A DNA stretch of 58,166 bases from Candidatus Uhrbacteria bacterium (lineage in GTDB: Bacteria > Patescibacteriota > Patescibacteriia > UBA9934), in assembly GCA_943358395.1 (NCBI GenBank), contig CALRGY010000002.1, positions 1 to 58,166 on the forward strand. The letters run 5' to 3'. The notes below the pieces were generated by a model. That model did no database searches. It was given only the letters and a program-made list of their open reading frames with translations, and had not been told where the DNA came from. Both the position numbers and the translations under genes were made by a program. Below are positions 1-9,705 of the stretch, in pieces (the first letter of the stretch is position 1; each line of letters begins with the position of its first letter).

Positions 1-320
<320 letters not shown>

Positions 321-335
321 TCACTGATTGTTAAT

Positions 336-460
336 CAGAACGTCCTCAATTTGTCTATTTTGAACTTGCCTCATCGCAAATTTCCTCAACGTACCGTGAA
401 GTACGTATCGGAATATTTGCTCGAGTCGCGTCCAAACTAGCCTAAATTGAGAACGTCCTG
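336..460. repeat. Long-hairpin element copy 1 (working label LHE), in the 23S-5S spacer
   Basis: Imperfect terminal inverted repeats CAGAACGTCCTCAATTT / AAATTGAGAACGTCCTG. Core ACGTAC-CGTGAA-GTACGT shared with the other copies. Confidence 0.8.
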
Positions 461-511
461 AACATAACAATGCGTTCTTCACTATTTGCAGAAACTGATC
501 GAAAGGATCCT

Positions 512-626
512 CCGTCTTGGTGGCACTTCCGGCAGGGCAACACCCGTTCCCATCCCGAACACGGTCGTTAAGCCTGCACGGGCCGATGGTAGTCAAGGTT
601 GGCGAGAGTAGGTGGCCGCCAGGACA
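512..626 (+). rRNA. rrf: 5S rRNA
   Basis: Conserved CCCGTTCCCATCCCGAACACGG..GTTAAGC, GCCGATGGTAGT and GAGAGTAGGT.GCCGCCAGG. Helix I pairs GTCTTGGTGGC with GCCGCCAGGAC. Confidence 0.93.
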
Positions 627-654
627 GAGAACCCTTTCACAGTACGAAACAAAT

Positions 655-681
655 CGAGCCCCAGTGGCTCGTTTTTGTTTT
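655..681 (+). terminator. Intrinsic terminator after 5S rRNA
   Basis: CGAGCC-CCAGT-GGCTCG hairpin followed by TTTTTGTTTT. Confidence 0.75.
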
Positions 682-701
682 GACGAGTAAAATAAACGAG
701 T

Positions 702-1274
702 ATGAAAATTATTCTGGGTTCACAGTCGAAGTGGCGAGCGAAAGAGCTTGAAGAGGCTGGCATTGAATTTACCACAATGAGCGCAGATATTGATGAGAAG
801 GCAATTCGTTTCGATGATCCGGAAAAGTTGACTCTCGCACTTGCTCACGCAAAAGCCGATGCACTCCTGAAAGACATTTATGAGCCGGCATTACTGATAA
901 CAACGGATCAAGTTGCTGTTTGCGACGGGGAGATTCGAGAGAAGCCAGAAAATGTGAGAGAAGCGCGAGGTTTCTTGGAATCGTATACGAGATATCCCGC
1001 AGAGGTTGTAAACGGTTTGGTTGTGACGGATACGTCATCAGGGAAAAGATTTGAAGGAATCGATCGTGCGAAAGTTTTCTATAAACCTTCGTTGGCATTT
1101 GTTATCGATGAGCTTATTAAGAAGGGCGAAGTCATGACGTGTGCTGGATCATTTCAGGCAGAGGATCCGCTCATGCTCGCCCATGTCGACCATATTGAGG
1201 GCGGGCTCGATAGTTTTTCCGGTATGCCAATTGTGCTTGTAAAAAGGTTGCTTTCCGAAGCTCAATTGTTATGA
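702..1274 (+). CDS. maf: Maf-like nucleoside triphosphate pyrophosphatase
   Basis: 190 aa. ILGSQS..R start, DIDE motif and TTDQV..CDGEI.EKP match the Maf/YhdE family pattern. Confidence 0.8.
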   Translation: MKIILGSQSKWRAKELEEAGIEFTTMSADIDEKAIRFDDPEKLTLALAHAKADALLKDIYEPALLITTDQVAVCDGEIREKPENVREARGFLESYTRYPAEVVNGLVVTDTSSGKRFEGIDRAKVFYKPSLAFVIDELIKKGEVMTCAGSFQAEDPLMLAHVDHIEGGLDSFSGMPIVLVKRLLSEAQLL

Positions 1275-1936
1275 AAACCATCCTCATCACCGGCGTCAGT
1301 CGCGGAATCGGTCGTGCGCTTGCAGAAAGATTTCTCCAAAATGGCGATTTCGTCATTGGGACTTCAACTTCTGGCACTTCGCCGATCGAGCACGAGCGAT
1401 TACTGATGCTCAAACTTGATCTCGCAAGCCCTGAAAGTATCGCTGCATGCGCGCAATTCATCATCGATTCCGGTAAAACGATTGATGTTCTCATGAACAA
1501 TGCCGGCATTTGGTCTGGGGTCGACGAAAGTCCGAGTATCGATGTCGGAATGTTACGAAAAGTTCTTGAAGTGAATCTTTTTGGTACCGTGGACTTCACG
1601 GAGCGAATCATCCCGATAATGAAAAACGGTGGTCACATTGTGAATATTTCCTCAAGAATGGGGTCTATCGGTGGAATCGAGAGGGTTGGAATTAACTGGC
1701 CTGATTACAAAATTTCGAAAGCTGCATTAAACATGGCTACTCGTATTTTGAGTGTTCGATTGCAGGATCGAAATATCACCGTTTCCTCCGTTCATCCAGG
1801 CTGGGTCAAGACCGATATGGGTGGATCTGACGCGGATCTTGAGCCCGAAGAAGCAGCGGAAGACATTTTCACATTCGCGATATCGATGCCAGAAACCGGA
1901 CAGTTTTGGTTTAAAGGTGAGAAGTTTTCTTGGTGA
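1271..1936 (+). CDS. Short-chain dehydrogenase/reductase (SDR)
   Basis: TGVSRGIGRA Rossmann motif, NNAG, and Y..SK catalytic motif (YKISKAALN). ATGA overlap with maf stop. Confidence 0.85.
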   Translation: MKTILITGVSRGIGRALAERFLQNGDFVIGTSTSGTSPIEHERLLMLKLDLASPESIAACAQFIIDSGKTIDVLMNNAGIWSGVDESPSIDVGMLRKVLEVNLFGTVDFTERIIPIMKNGGHIVNISSRMGSIGGIERVGINWPDYKISKAALNMATRILSVRLQDRNITVSSVHPGWVKTDMGGSDADLEPEEAAEDIFTFAISMPETGQFWFKGEKFSW

Positions 1937-1955
1937 TCGGGTACAATTCTTTTAT

Positions 1956-2990
1956 ATGTTGCAGCATGACTTTCCAAGTTCCCCAGAAAAAATACGCGAA
2001 CAGATTATCGCAGAGGCTGTTTCGGAATTGAAGGGCTTTGGCTCTACGAAAGTTCGGCAGTTCCAGCAGGGTAGCGATCCTCGTCAGACGAGTCCTGAAA
2101 ATCTCATAAAGCCTTTTAAAAAAATAGCATTTCCGAGTGAAGGACCTCGTGAGCTGACTTTTTTTGGCGTTGTTCATAAAAATAAGGAATCAATCGCGGC
2201 TTTGCGGACAGATCTTCGAGAGAACGTTTTATTAAAACAGGATCCCGAAAAGATCGTTTGGATGATCGAGGGACGGCATACCGAAAAGCCATACGATCGC
2301 GAACAGGCATTGGAGGACATGGAGGGCGTAACTTCGATTGAACAAGCGATTGAGAAGTTTGGTGAATCTGGCGTTGCGTTGTGGTGTGTTGCTGATTATG
2401 CACGACGAAACCCACCAATTGAGGTTGAAATTTCATCACCAGAAGCGCCAGAAGCCGATATTGCACAGGCATTGAAATCCGAATACAGCCCTGCAGATAT
2501 TGCGGCCTATCTCATGCTTCGCCAATGGATCTCTAAAATTGGCGGGAAAAAGACAGGAGAATATTCAACCAGAGAATTCGCAGGATATGCGTTTTATGTT
2601 GCGCAGGTATCGGGTGTCGATTGGATCCATGACAAGAAGACGGAAGACGAGATTCGTGAGCTGAGGAAGAATGATGGGAAGTTCGATGAATATAGAGCAG
2701 TTGTTGGTCAGCAGTTCCTCGACGGGCTCAACACAAAACTTGGATTATCGATCACGTTGGAACAGCTTCGTGCCCGGAAAGCCGATGATACGTTAATGAG
2801 AGAGATGAATACTTCTTCCAGCGCCGAAAGCGAGCTTAATAATCGTTGGAATACTGAGCGAGATAGGTTTTTGGTGAAGGAAATTGGGAATGCAATAACT
2901 CGAGGCAAAAAACCATACGTTATTTTCGGAGCATCACACGCGATTCATTGTGAGCCGGCATTAGAAAAGCTTTCTGAGCTTGTACTATGA
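1956..2990 (+). CDS. Hypothetical protein
   Basis: ORF-track frame 1752..2990, trimmed to the first ATG after the SDR stop (MLQHDF...). No family recognised. FFGVVH near the N-terminus and VIFGASHA at the C-terminus faintly resemble TraB/GumN-type proteins (weak). Confidence 0.55.
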   Translation: MLQHDFPSSPEKIREQIIAEAVSELKGFGSTKVRQFQQGSDPRQTSPENLIKPFKKIAFPSEGPRELTFFGVVHKNKESIAALRTDLRENVLLKQDPEKIVWMIEGRHTEKPYDREQALEDMEGVTSIEQAIEKFGESGVALWCVADYARRNPPIEVEISSPEAPEADIAQALKSEYSPADIAAYLMLRQWISKIGGKKTGEYSTREFAGYAFYVAQVSGVDWIHDKKTEDEIRELRKNDGKFDEYRAVVGQQFLDGLNTKLGLSITLEQLRARKADDTLMREMNTSSSAESELNNRWNTERDRFLVKEIGNAITRGKKPYVIFGASHAIHCEPALEKLSELVL

Positions 2991-4078
2991 GATGGGGCTA
3001 CAATCAGGTTTATGTCATGTTGTACGTTCTCGTTTTTGGTATTTTTCTTCATCCCCACTTCGCTCACGCCATCCCTCCGCCGGACGTTATCTCGAGCGTT
3101 GGTTCGCAACTGTCGCAGTTTCTTGGTCTTGGTGCGGTGTTGTTTTCTCTTTCCGTCGGGATGATGGCGCGCGTGTTCCAGCAGATTGCATCGCGAACGG
3201 GAATGCGTTCTGCTGTTGTTTTTCGAATCACCATCCTCGTTATTGTTCTTGGATTTTCGAGTGCATACGTTTTCGCTTCCTATCAATCGGCGATGAGTCA
3301 ACGGGCATACAACCAGCAAATCGCCGATGACTTGAAGAGAGGGTTCGATGATCAGTTTCCCGTGGAAGATGGAGTTCCGGTCGATGACACAACGACCTCA
3401 GCGGATCCGATGATGCCCGAGGCGCTTATCGATCTTTCATTATTTGTTTCCAACGACGCATTTCGCGCGATCGAAGCATCAAATCCCTTTGTCCTTGATG
3501 CTCGGGAAGATGAGGAATACGCCTATGGTCGATACCCGGGAAGCGCGCACATTCGGTTTGCGGATCTTATGAATGGCGAATGGAACAAGGTTCCCGCTCA
3601 TCAACCGGTGTATGTCTTCTGCTGGTCTGGCATTCGTGGGGAAATGGTAACGACATTCTTAAGAACAAAGGGAATTCAGGCGCAATATCTTGAAAAAGGC
3701 GCCGAGGGTTGGGTAAAAGACGGCGGAACGTGGGAGGGAGAGATTTCGTTCGCAGTGAAATATCCCGAGGAACGATATTCGAAGGTGATCACCACAGCCG
3801 AGGCTCACGCCGCGGTCGATTCCGGTGTACTCCTCATCGACGCTCGCGATACGGAAACATTCTCCAAGAAACACATCGATGGCGCGATCAACATCTCCGC
3901 GATCTTTACCCCATCATCGGAGCTCGCCGATGAGGTCGCAGCCGTTCCGGTCGGTGCAACGGTCATCACGGTGTGTGATAGTTTTGTTAGTTGTTTTGAT
4001 GCAAAGATCGTTGCACTCAAGCTCGAAGCTGCTGGTCACACCTTCCTCGGCAGATATAACACACCTTGGGAGTACTAA
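2987..4078 (+). CDS. Membrane-anchored tandem rhodanese-domain sulfurtransferase-like protein
   Basis: N-terminal hydrophobic helices. Two rhodanese-like domains (LDAREDEEY...FCWSGIRG active-site loop; LIDARD...TVCDSFVS). Confidence 0.75.
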   Translation: MRWGYNQVYVMLYVLVFGIFLHPHFAHAIPPPDVISSVGSQLSQFLGLGAVLFSLSVGMMARVFQQIASRTGMRSAVVFRITILVIVLGFSSAYVFASYQSAMSQRAYNQQIADDLKRGFDDQFPVEDGVPVDDTTTSADPMMPEALIDLSLFVSNDAFRAIEASNPFVLDAREDEEYAYGRYPGSAHIRFADLMNGEWNKVPAHQPVYVFCWSGIRGEMVTTFLRTKGIQAQYLEKGAEGWVKDGGTWEGEISFAVKYPEERYSKVITTAEAHAAVDSGVLLIDARDTETFSKKHIDGAINISAIFTPSSELADEVAAVPVGATVITVCDSFVSCFDAKIVALKLEAAGHTFLGRYNTPWEY

Positions 4079-4079
4079 T

Positions 4080-5240
4080 ATGCCGAATCAATCATCGATT
4101 TCAGGATTGCCGACGTCGGGGAAGTTCTTTTTCGAGAAAACAGAAGTCTGTGACGTTGCGCCGTATCCGTCGGCGGAGACGTTTGCTTTACTTCAGGAGC
4201 TGTATGCGAAAGATGGACCAATCGATCGCGCATATCGATCTCAAGGAATTCGATACACCGACACGCGGTTTCTTCGCATCATCGAGGGCGAACTTTTCGT
4301 CGATCGTGAGCGAGAGTTACAAAGTCTTTTCCCGTCACACTCATACTTTGTCGGCACCGATTACACGCCGAAGCCCTCAAGAATCAAGGGATTCCTCACA
4401 TCTTTACGAAATACATCGCGGCTCCAAAAGATTCATGGCTCGGTCGATGAGTATCGCGCGAGACTCCGAGTGATGCTCGATCGAGAGCTGAAGACCACAA
4501 CGATCGACGAAGCGAAGAGGGAATTTTTTGATGATTACGAAACGATTTTCACTGTTAATCTCATCGCGGGAAATGCGATTACGCAATTGCAACGATCGTT
4601 GCCGAAAGATATTTCGATCGCAGAGGCGTTATCGTATTTCCCTGAGGGGATCGAGCCATTATGGAAGGCTCCGACCGGATTGATTGGAAGTACCCTCGAG
4701 TTCACCGATGAGAGTGCATTCATCTCGAATGCGGTCGATCACATATCGACCAGTATTCCTGATGGCATTCCGCTGAAAATATTACAAAACACGCAAAACT
4801 TCCTTCGGCTCCGCGAATACGGTCGCTGGATCGCCATTCGACACATCAATCATCTCCGAGACTTGTATCCTCACATCAATCCTCCGAATGTTCCGATCGT
4901 ACCGTTGCCGACGATTATTACCGACCAGAAGCTTCCGATCGCTCCGATAAAATCCATCGGCGTCTCCGCTGGAATCGCCACGGGAATACTCGTCGATTCG
5001 CCCACCAAAGGCGGGATTCTCGTCGTCTCCACGCTCTCGCCGGCACTCGTCCAACACTTTTCAATGATTGTCGGAATCATCGCCTCCCACGGAAGCATAA
5101 TGAGCCATTGTGCCATTGTTGCTCGTGAAATGGGTTTGCCGGTTGTTACAAAGTACCCAATACAGACGTTGCCCATCGGAAAGCGTGTGACGATCGATGG
5201 GGGAACGGGCAGGGTGAGTATTGATGAGCCGTGCGCATAA
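4080..5240 (+). CDS. PEP-utilising-enzyme mobile (phosphohistidine swivel) domain protein lacking an ATP-grasp module
   Basis: C-terminal GIATG...VVSTLSPA...IIASHGSIMSHCAIVAREMGLPVV matches the PEP/pyruvate-binding mobile domain. Start taken at ATG 4080 (MPNQSS), just after the rhodanese stop. Confidence 0.7.
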   Translation: MPNQSSISGLPTSGKFFFEKTEVCDVAPYPSAETFALLQELYAKDGPIDRAYRSQGIRYTDTRFLRIIEGELFVDRERELQSLFPSHSYFVGTDYTPKPSRIKGFLTSLRNTSRLQKIHGSVDEYRARLRVMLDRELKTTTIDEAKREFFDDYETIFTVNLIAGNAITQLQRSLPKDISIAEALSYFPEGIEPLWKAPTGLIGSTLEFTDESAFISNAVDHISTSIPDGIPLKILQNTQNFLRLREYGRWIAIRHINHLRDLYPHINPPNVPIVPLPTIITDQKLPIAPIKSIGVSAGIATGILVDSPTKGGILVVSTLSPALVQHFSMIVGIIASHGSIMSHCAIVAREMGLPVVTKYPIQTLPIGKRVTIDGGTGRVSIDEPCA

Positions 5241-5281
5241 TCATTCGCCAAATACTGCCATCGTGCTACCATTTCTGCACT

Positions 5282-6040
5282 ATGCCGATGACTCGAGTGG
5301 TGATTCTTGCTGCGGGGAAGGGAACCAGAATGAAAAGTGATATTCCAAAGCCGTTAATCCCGGTTGCGGGGGAGCCGATGATTACCAGGTTGGTGCGGAG
5401 CGTAAAGGCGTCTGGAATCGACGAAAAGCCGGTTGTTGTTGTTGGTTCTTGGAGTGAAGCGATGTTTCGGGATGCGTTGGGGGATTCTGTCGATTATGCA
5501 ATGCAAGTAGAGCAGCTCGGAACCGGGCACGCATTAAAAGTCTCTGAAGATTCGTGCCGAGACGCGTCGAGTATTGTTGTGCTCTACGGTGATCACCCAT
5601 TTCTTTCGCCATCGATTCTTCAGCGACTCGCTCAGCTTCGGCTTGAGCACCCCGATTCGCTAGTTATGCTTACGGTTCGGGTTCCGAATTTTGAAGGAGA
5701 TTACGCGGGATTTATTTCTTGGAGCAAGATTCTTCGCGATGAACATGGAAAGATTATTGGGGATCGGCAGGTAAAGGATGCTTCTGAGGAAGAGAAGAAG
5801 ATTCTCGAATTAAATCCGTGTATGTACGCATTCCCGGCTCCATGGATTTGGGAGCGTCTTTCACGGTTGAAAAACTTGAATGCGAGTAAGGAGTATTACC
5901 TTACAGACGTCATCGCGATGGCTATGGAAGAGGGGAAAGAGATCGTGACCGCAGATGCGGACCCGCTAGACGTTATCGGTATTAATTCTCCAGAAGAGCT
6001 TGCGCGAGCAGAGGCGATGAACGCTGGTATACTTCGGTGA
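5282..6040 (+). CDS. Sugar-1-phosphate nucleotidyltransferase, GlmU N-terminal-domain-like (no acetyltransferase domain)
   Basis: LAAGKGTRMKSDIPKPL, QVEQLGTGHA, LYGDHPF and EYYLTD motifs. Only about 252 aa. Confidence 0.8.
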   Translation: MPMTRVVILAAGKGTRMKSDIPKPLIPVAGEPMITRLVRSVKASGIDEKPVVVVGSWSEAMFRDALGDSVDYAMQVEQLGTGHALKVSEDSCRDASSIVVLYGDHPFLSPSILQRLAQLRLEHPDSLVMLTVRVPNFEGDYAGFISWSKILRDEHGKIIGDRQVKDASEEEKKILELNPCMYAFPAPWIWERLSRLKNLNASKEYYLTDVIAMAMEEGKEIVTADADPLDVIGINSPEELARAEAMNAGILR

Positions 6041-6041
6041 T

Positions 6042-6662
6042 ATGGATTTGATTGTGATCGTGGAGCAGCGGTCGAAGGTGGCGGCGCAGAAGGCTCGTGC
6101 CTTTGCGAATGACGTTCGTCGATTGCTTGTAGCATCACCAGTATTCGGTGGAGCAGTGGTGGGAACGGGAATTATTTTAGGGGGCGCACCGATTCTTTTG
6201 TGGCAGTATTTTGGAAATTTTATTGATGCATGTTTTGGTGCGCGGGGCGTTGGCACCATGACGACGGATTTGTCGCATAATGCTGTTGCTGTAGGAATTG
6301 TAGCGGCAGTCCTTATTGGTGCCGGCGCATATTTTGCGCAAACGCAGGCGCTGTCTCGAAGAATCGCTTCCACGATTGCTCTGAGCATTTTTTTCGTCAC
6401 ACATATCGTCGCTCTCCTTCCCGTGGAGAAATCATTTCTTGTATTTCTGTGTATCCTCGCGATCGGATTTCGGTTCGCACATCATCGCGCGGCAAGAATA
6501 CTCATGACATGCGTACTCGGACTTCTCGCGACGGTATCCGTGTCCGATATTCTGCTCATGATGACCCGCCGAAGTTTAACCGTGGGCAGCGCAGTGGAAT
6601 ATTGTGCAATTATTCTTTCGCTTTCGATGGTGAGCGCGTATATGGCACATCGTCGAGCGTGA
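6042..6662 (+). CDS. Hypothetical integral membrane protein
   Basis: 206 aa with several hydrophobic helices. No family recognised. Confidence 0.55.
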   Translation: MDLIVIVEQRSKVAAQKARAFANDVRRLLVASPVFGGAVVGTGIILGGAPILLWQYFGNFIDACFGARGVGTMTTDLSHNAVAVGIVAAVLIGAGAYFAQTQALSRRIASTIALSIFFVTHIVALLPVEKSFLVFLCILAIGFRFAHHRAARILMTCVLGLLATVSVSDILLMMTRRSLTVGSAVEYCAIILSLSMVSAYMAHRRA

Positions 6663-6674
6663 GGTAATTCTCCT

Positions 6675-7910
6675 ATGCGGATTATCACTGACTGGCACCT
6701 CCATTCTCGATTCAGCAGAGCGTGTTCATCGGATCTCACTCTTGAGAATAATGCATTGTGGTGCGAGAAGAAAGGGGTGAACGTTTTGGGGACGGCAGAT
6801 TTTACGCATCCGTTGTGGTTTTCGGAGATGCAAGAGCAGTTGGTTGAGGCTGAGTCTGGTTTGTATATGCTCCGATCGGGAAAGTTCCCATCAATGCGAT
6901 ACATGATGACAGCGGAAGTTGCGCAGATATATAAACGCGGCGGAAAAACACGCCGCATTCATAACATCATTTTTGCACCGTCAATCGAAGCGGTTGCGAA
7001 GATCAATCAGTGGCTTGATAGCGCTGGCTACAATCGGAGATCTGACGGCAGACCAATCCTCGGACTCGATTCCGAAGAATTATATAAGCGCCTTCGCGGT
7101 ATTGATGACCGCATCATCATGATTCCAGCGCACGCATGGACGCCGTGGTTCTCTGTGTTCGGATCGAAATCGGGATTTGATTCCTTGGAGGAATGCTTTG
7201 GGGAGATGACGCCGTACATTTACGCGCTCGAAACCGGGCTTTCGAGCGATCCGTTGATGAATCGATCATTGTCGAAGCTTGACGACGTGATGCTGATTTC
7301 CAATTCCGATGCGCATTCACCAAGGAACTTTGGTCGTGAAGCTAATGTGTTCGAGATTGATCCTGCGAAATATTCGTACGATGAGTTTATTCGGATTCTT
7401 CGAGATCGAGATACGGCATCATTCATATACACCATTGAATTCTTTCCCGAGGAAGGGAAGTATCACATCGACGGCTGCGCGGAATGCGGATTCTCGTGCG
7501 AGCCGATTCAGACGAAGGCGATTGGGGGTTTGTGCCCAACGTGTAAACGACCACTTACAATAGGTGTTGTTTCGCGAGTCCGGGATCTCGCCGATCGGAA
7601 AGCCGATGTAATGCCGAAGAGCCGCGTCCCGTTCAAATCCATTGTGCCTTTGCAGGAAATCATCGCCGAATGTGTGGGAGTCTCGTCAACCGCGGGGAAA
7701 AAAGTGCAGGAGATGTATGAAAAAATGATCCGCGAAATCGGTAACGAATTCCACATTCTCCTTGATGCTGATCTATTGTCGATTGCATCGGTTGCGGGAT
7801 CGTTGATTGCAGACGCGGTGCTTCGTGTTCGATCTGGAAAGGTGTCGATAACACCAGGATACGATGGAATATATGGGAAAGTACGGATCTTTTCAGAAAA
7901 TGTGAAATAA
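6675..7910 (+). CDS. PHP-domain protein with Zn-ribbon, endonuclease Q-like (COG1379-type)
   Basis: N-terminal DWHLHSRFSRA PHP motif, GTADFTHP, and CxxC...CPTC Zn-ribbon. Overall layout resembles archaeal/Bacillus EndoQ. Confidence 0.65.
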   Translation: MRIITDWHLHSRFSRACSSDLTLENNALWCEKKGVNVLGTADFTHPLWFSEMQEQLVEAESGLYMLRSGKFPSMRYMMTAEVAQIYKRGGKTRRIHNIIFAPSIEAVAKINQWLDSAGYNRRSDGRPILGLDSEELYKRLRGIDDRIIMIPAHAWTPWFSVFGSKSGFDSLEECFGEMTPYIYALETGLSSDPLMNRSLSKLDDVMLISNSDAHSPRNFGREANVFEIDPAKYSYDEFIRILRDRDTASFIYTIEFFPEEGKYHIDGCAECGFSCEPIQTKAIGGLCPTCKRPLTIGVVSRVRDLADRKADVMPKSRVPFKSIVPLQEIIAECVGVSSTAGKKVQEMYEKMIREIGNEFHILLDADLLSIASVAGSLIADAVLRVRSGKVSITPGYDGIYGKVRIFSENVK

Positions 7911-7983
7911 AAAAATTCCCGACAGCTGCTGACGAAACTCCTCCAGGACTTTCACCAACGCTGTGCGGGAATATTTTTGTGAA

Positions 7984-8112
7984 CTAGGCACGAGCCTTCT
8001 TTGCAGCGACCTTCTTCATAGCTTTCTTTGGTGCTGCCTTCTTTACCGCTTTCTTCACAACTTTCTTTACTGCCTTCTTCACAACCTTCTTTGCCGCTGC
8101 CTTTTTCTTCAT
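7984..8112 (-). CDS. Small Lys/Ala-rich basic protein (histone H1-like / nucleoid-associated candidate), 42 aa
   Basis: Hand translation of the minus strand gives MKKKAAAKKVVKKAVKKVVKKAVKKAAPKKAMKKVAAKKARA*. It is below the 60-aa cut-off of the ORF track. The plus-strand ORF 7963..8154 is its antisense shadow. Confidence 0.55.
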   Translation of the reverse strand: MKKKAAAKKVVKKAVKKVVKKAVKKAAPKKAMKKVAAKKARA

Positions 8113-8307
8113 TGGCATAAACGTATGACATTAGTTATTGACGCACGACATTAGTATCGTGGCCAAGTGTCATCACGAAGAAAACTTCATGACGCTAAGG
8201 GAAGTATAGCAGTGAAATAGCACAGAGAAAATATTTTTCTCAAAAATATCCCGAGTTATACACAGTGTGAAAATATTGTGGACGAAAAAATACGTGCAAC
8301 GAAAAAA

Positions 8308-9675
8308 TTATTCTACGATGTTGACCGATGTTCCGACGGCGCTCCACATATAAATCCATTCTGAATTTTCCGCATTCATATTAATGCAGCCGTGACTCAT
8401 CGGGTGACCAAAATTATTATGCCAGTACGCCCAGTGAATATAAATGTGATCATAGATGCGCAAATTCCATTTCACATTTGGAACGTTATAGTTATTCGGA
8501 TTACCAACGCCAAAAGACCACACATAGTCGTGATACAGTAATTTTGCCTTCACCGTTGTTTTACCGAGTGGCGTTACAAAGCCTTTCTTTGCCGTGGACA
8601 CAAGAAATGTATGCATCGGTACGCCGTATTCGTACGCGGTTAATCGTTGCTGTGAAATATCAACGCGAATAGATTTCTCAGAAACATCATCATTCATTCG
8701 CGGTGCAATATTTGCGACGACAAATCCGGAGTGTGTACCAGATTTCCTAATGAATGCTGCAGAAATAGCGTGTATTGCATCGGCGGAGAACGGTGTTATC
8801 CGATCGTTGTTCATCGATATGATCGCCGGTTCGACATAGCCCTGTGTTGCAAAAAGAATCTGGTGCTCGTCATCAACTCCGATCGGGGCGATGAGTGCTG
8901 ATGATACCGATGAGGAAGATTCCGATTGTATCGCAATGAGCGTTGACGTGACGTGATCGAATGTCCACGCAACAACGGTTGGTGCGGAATATCCCATCGT
9001 TGACGTGAGAATTTCATCGACGCCATCGCTGTTCATGTCGCCGAGCGCGATCGCGGCTCCAGTATTCTTCGTTGCGCTATCGATAAACGTTTCGGCGATC
9101 ATACGTCCAAAGGGATCAAAAACTTTGACGCTTGGCCCACCGCTAACGCCAGCACCAATAACAATATCGCCGATGCCATCTCCGGTGACATCTCCGCAGG
9201 CAATATTCACACCGCCGTGAAATGTTTCATTGAAGGCAAAGAATCCTGGATACTTCTTTTCACCCATGTTCGTAAAGATTTGCAGGTGCGGTCCGCCGTT
9301 CCACGCAGCACCGGTTACGATCTCGGTAATTCCATCGCCGTCCACGTCGCATGCGGCAACATTCACTCCGCCGCGGTAGCCAACGTCATATGCAAGAAAT
9401 TTGCCGATGAATGATCCGTCTTGGCGAAACACGGAAACGCTCGGATCTGCATCTTCACCGGCACCAACAAGAATTTCCGCAACACCATCGCGTCCAAGGT
9501 CGGCACTTGCAACGCTTCCGATGAGCGCATCCGCATCATCGAATGGCGTAAAAATCGTAACAATATCTCCCGCAGTATCAAGAATGCGGACATCTGGTTG
9601 TGATGCTGCAACGCAAAAGTATGGCGCACTCCATACGCCAAAGCCCACGATGATCCATAGCAACATGCGAAACAT
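8308..9675 (-). CDS. Secreted FG-GAP-repeat protein with C-terminal L,D-transpeptidase (YkuD) domain
   Basis: Signal peptide MFRMLLWIIVGFGVWSAPYF, repeated GD..GDG..DI..GAG FG-GAP units, and C-terminal YkuD motif HPMSHGCINM. Start trimmed to Met59 of the track ORF. Confidence 0.8.
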   Translation of the reverse strand: MFRMLLWIIVGFGVWSAPYFCVAASQPDVRILDTAGDIVTIFTPFDDADALIGSVASADLGRDGVAEILVGAGEDADPSVSVFRQDGSFIGKFLAYDVGYRGGVNVAACDVDGDGITEIVTGAAWNGGPHLQIFTNMGEKKYPGFFAFNETFHGGVNIACGDVTGDGIGDIVIGAGVSGGPSVKVFDPFGRMIAETFIDSATKNTGAAIALGDMNSDGVDEILTSTMGYSAPTVVAWTFDHVTSTLIAIQSESSSSVSSALIAPIGVDDEHQILFATQGYVEPAIISMNNDRITPFSADAIHAISAAFIRKSGTHSGFVVANIAPRMNDDVSEKSIRVDISQQRLTAYEYGVPMHTFLVSTAKKGFVTPLGKTTVKAKLLYHDYVWSFGVGNPNNYNVPNVKWNLRIYDHIYIHWAYWHNNFGHPMSHGCINMNAENSEWIYMWSAVGTSVNIVE

Positions 9676-9705
9676 ACGTGTGCTAGTATACTGCCTATCA
9701 ACTCT

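Noticed and set aside
7963-8154. Plus-strand 63-aa ORF (MREYFCELGTSLLCSDLLHSFLWCCLLYRFLH...).
   Set aside because: It is the antisense reading of the AAG/GCN-rich Lys/Ala repeat. Its Leu/Cys/Phe-rich composition is typical of an antisense shadow. The minus-strand 42-aa ORF is the more plausible gene.
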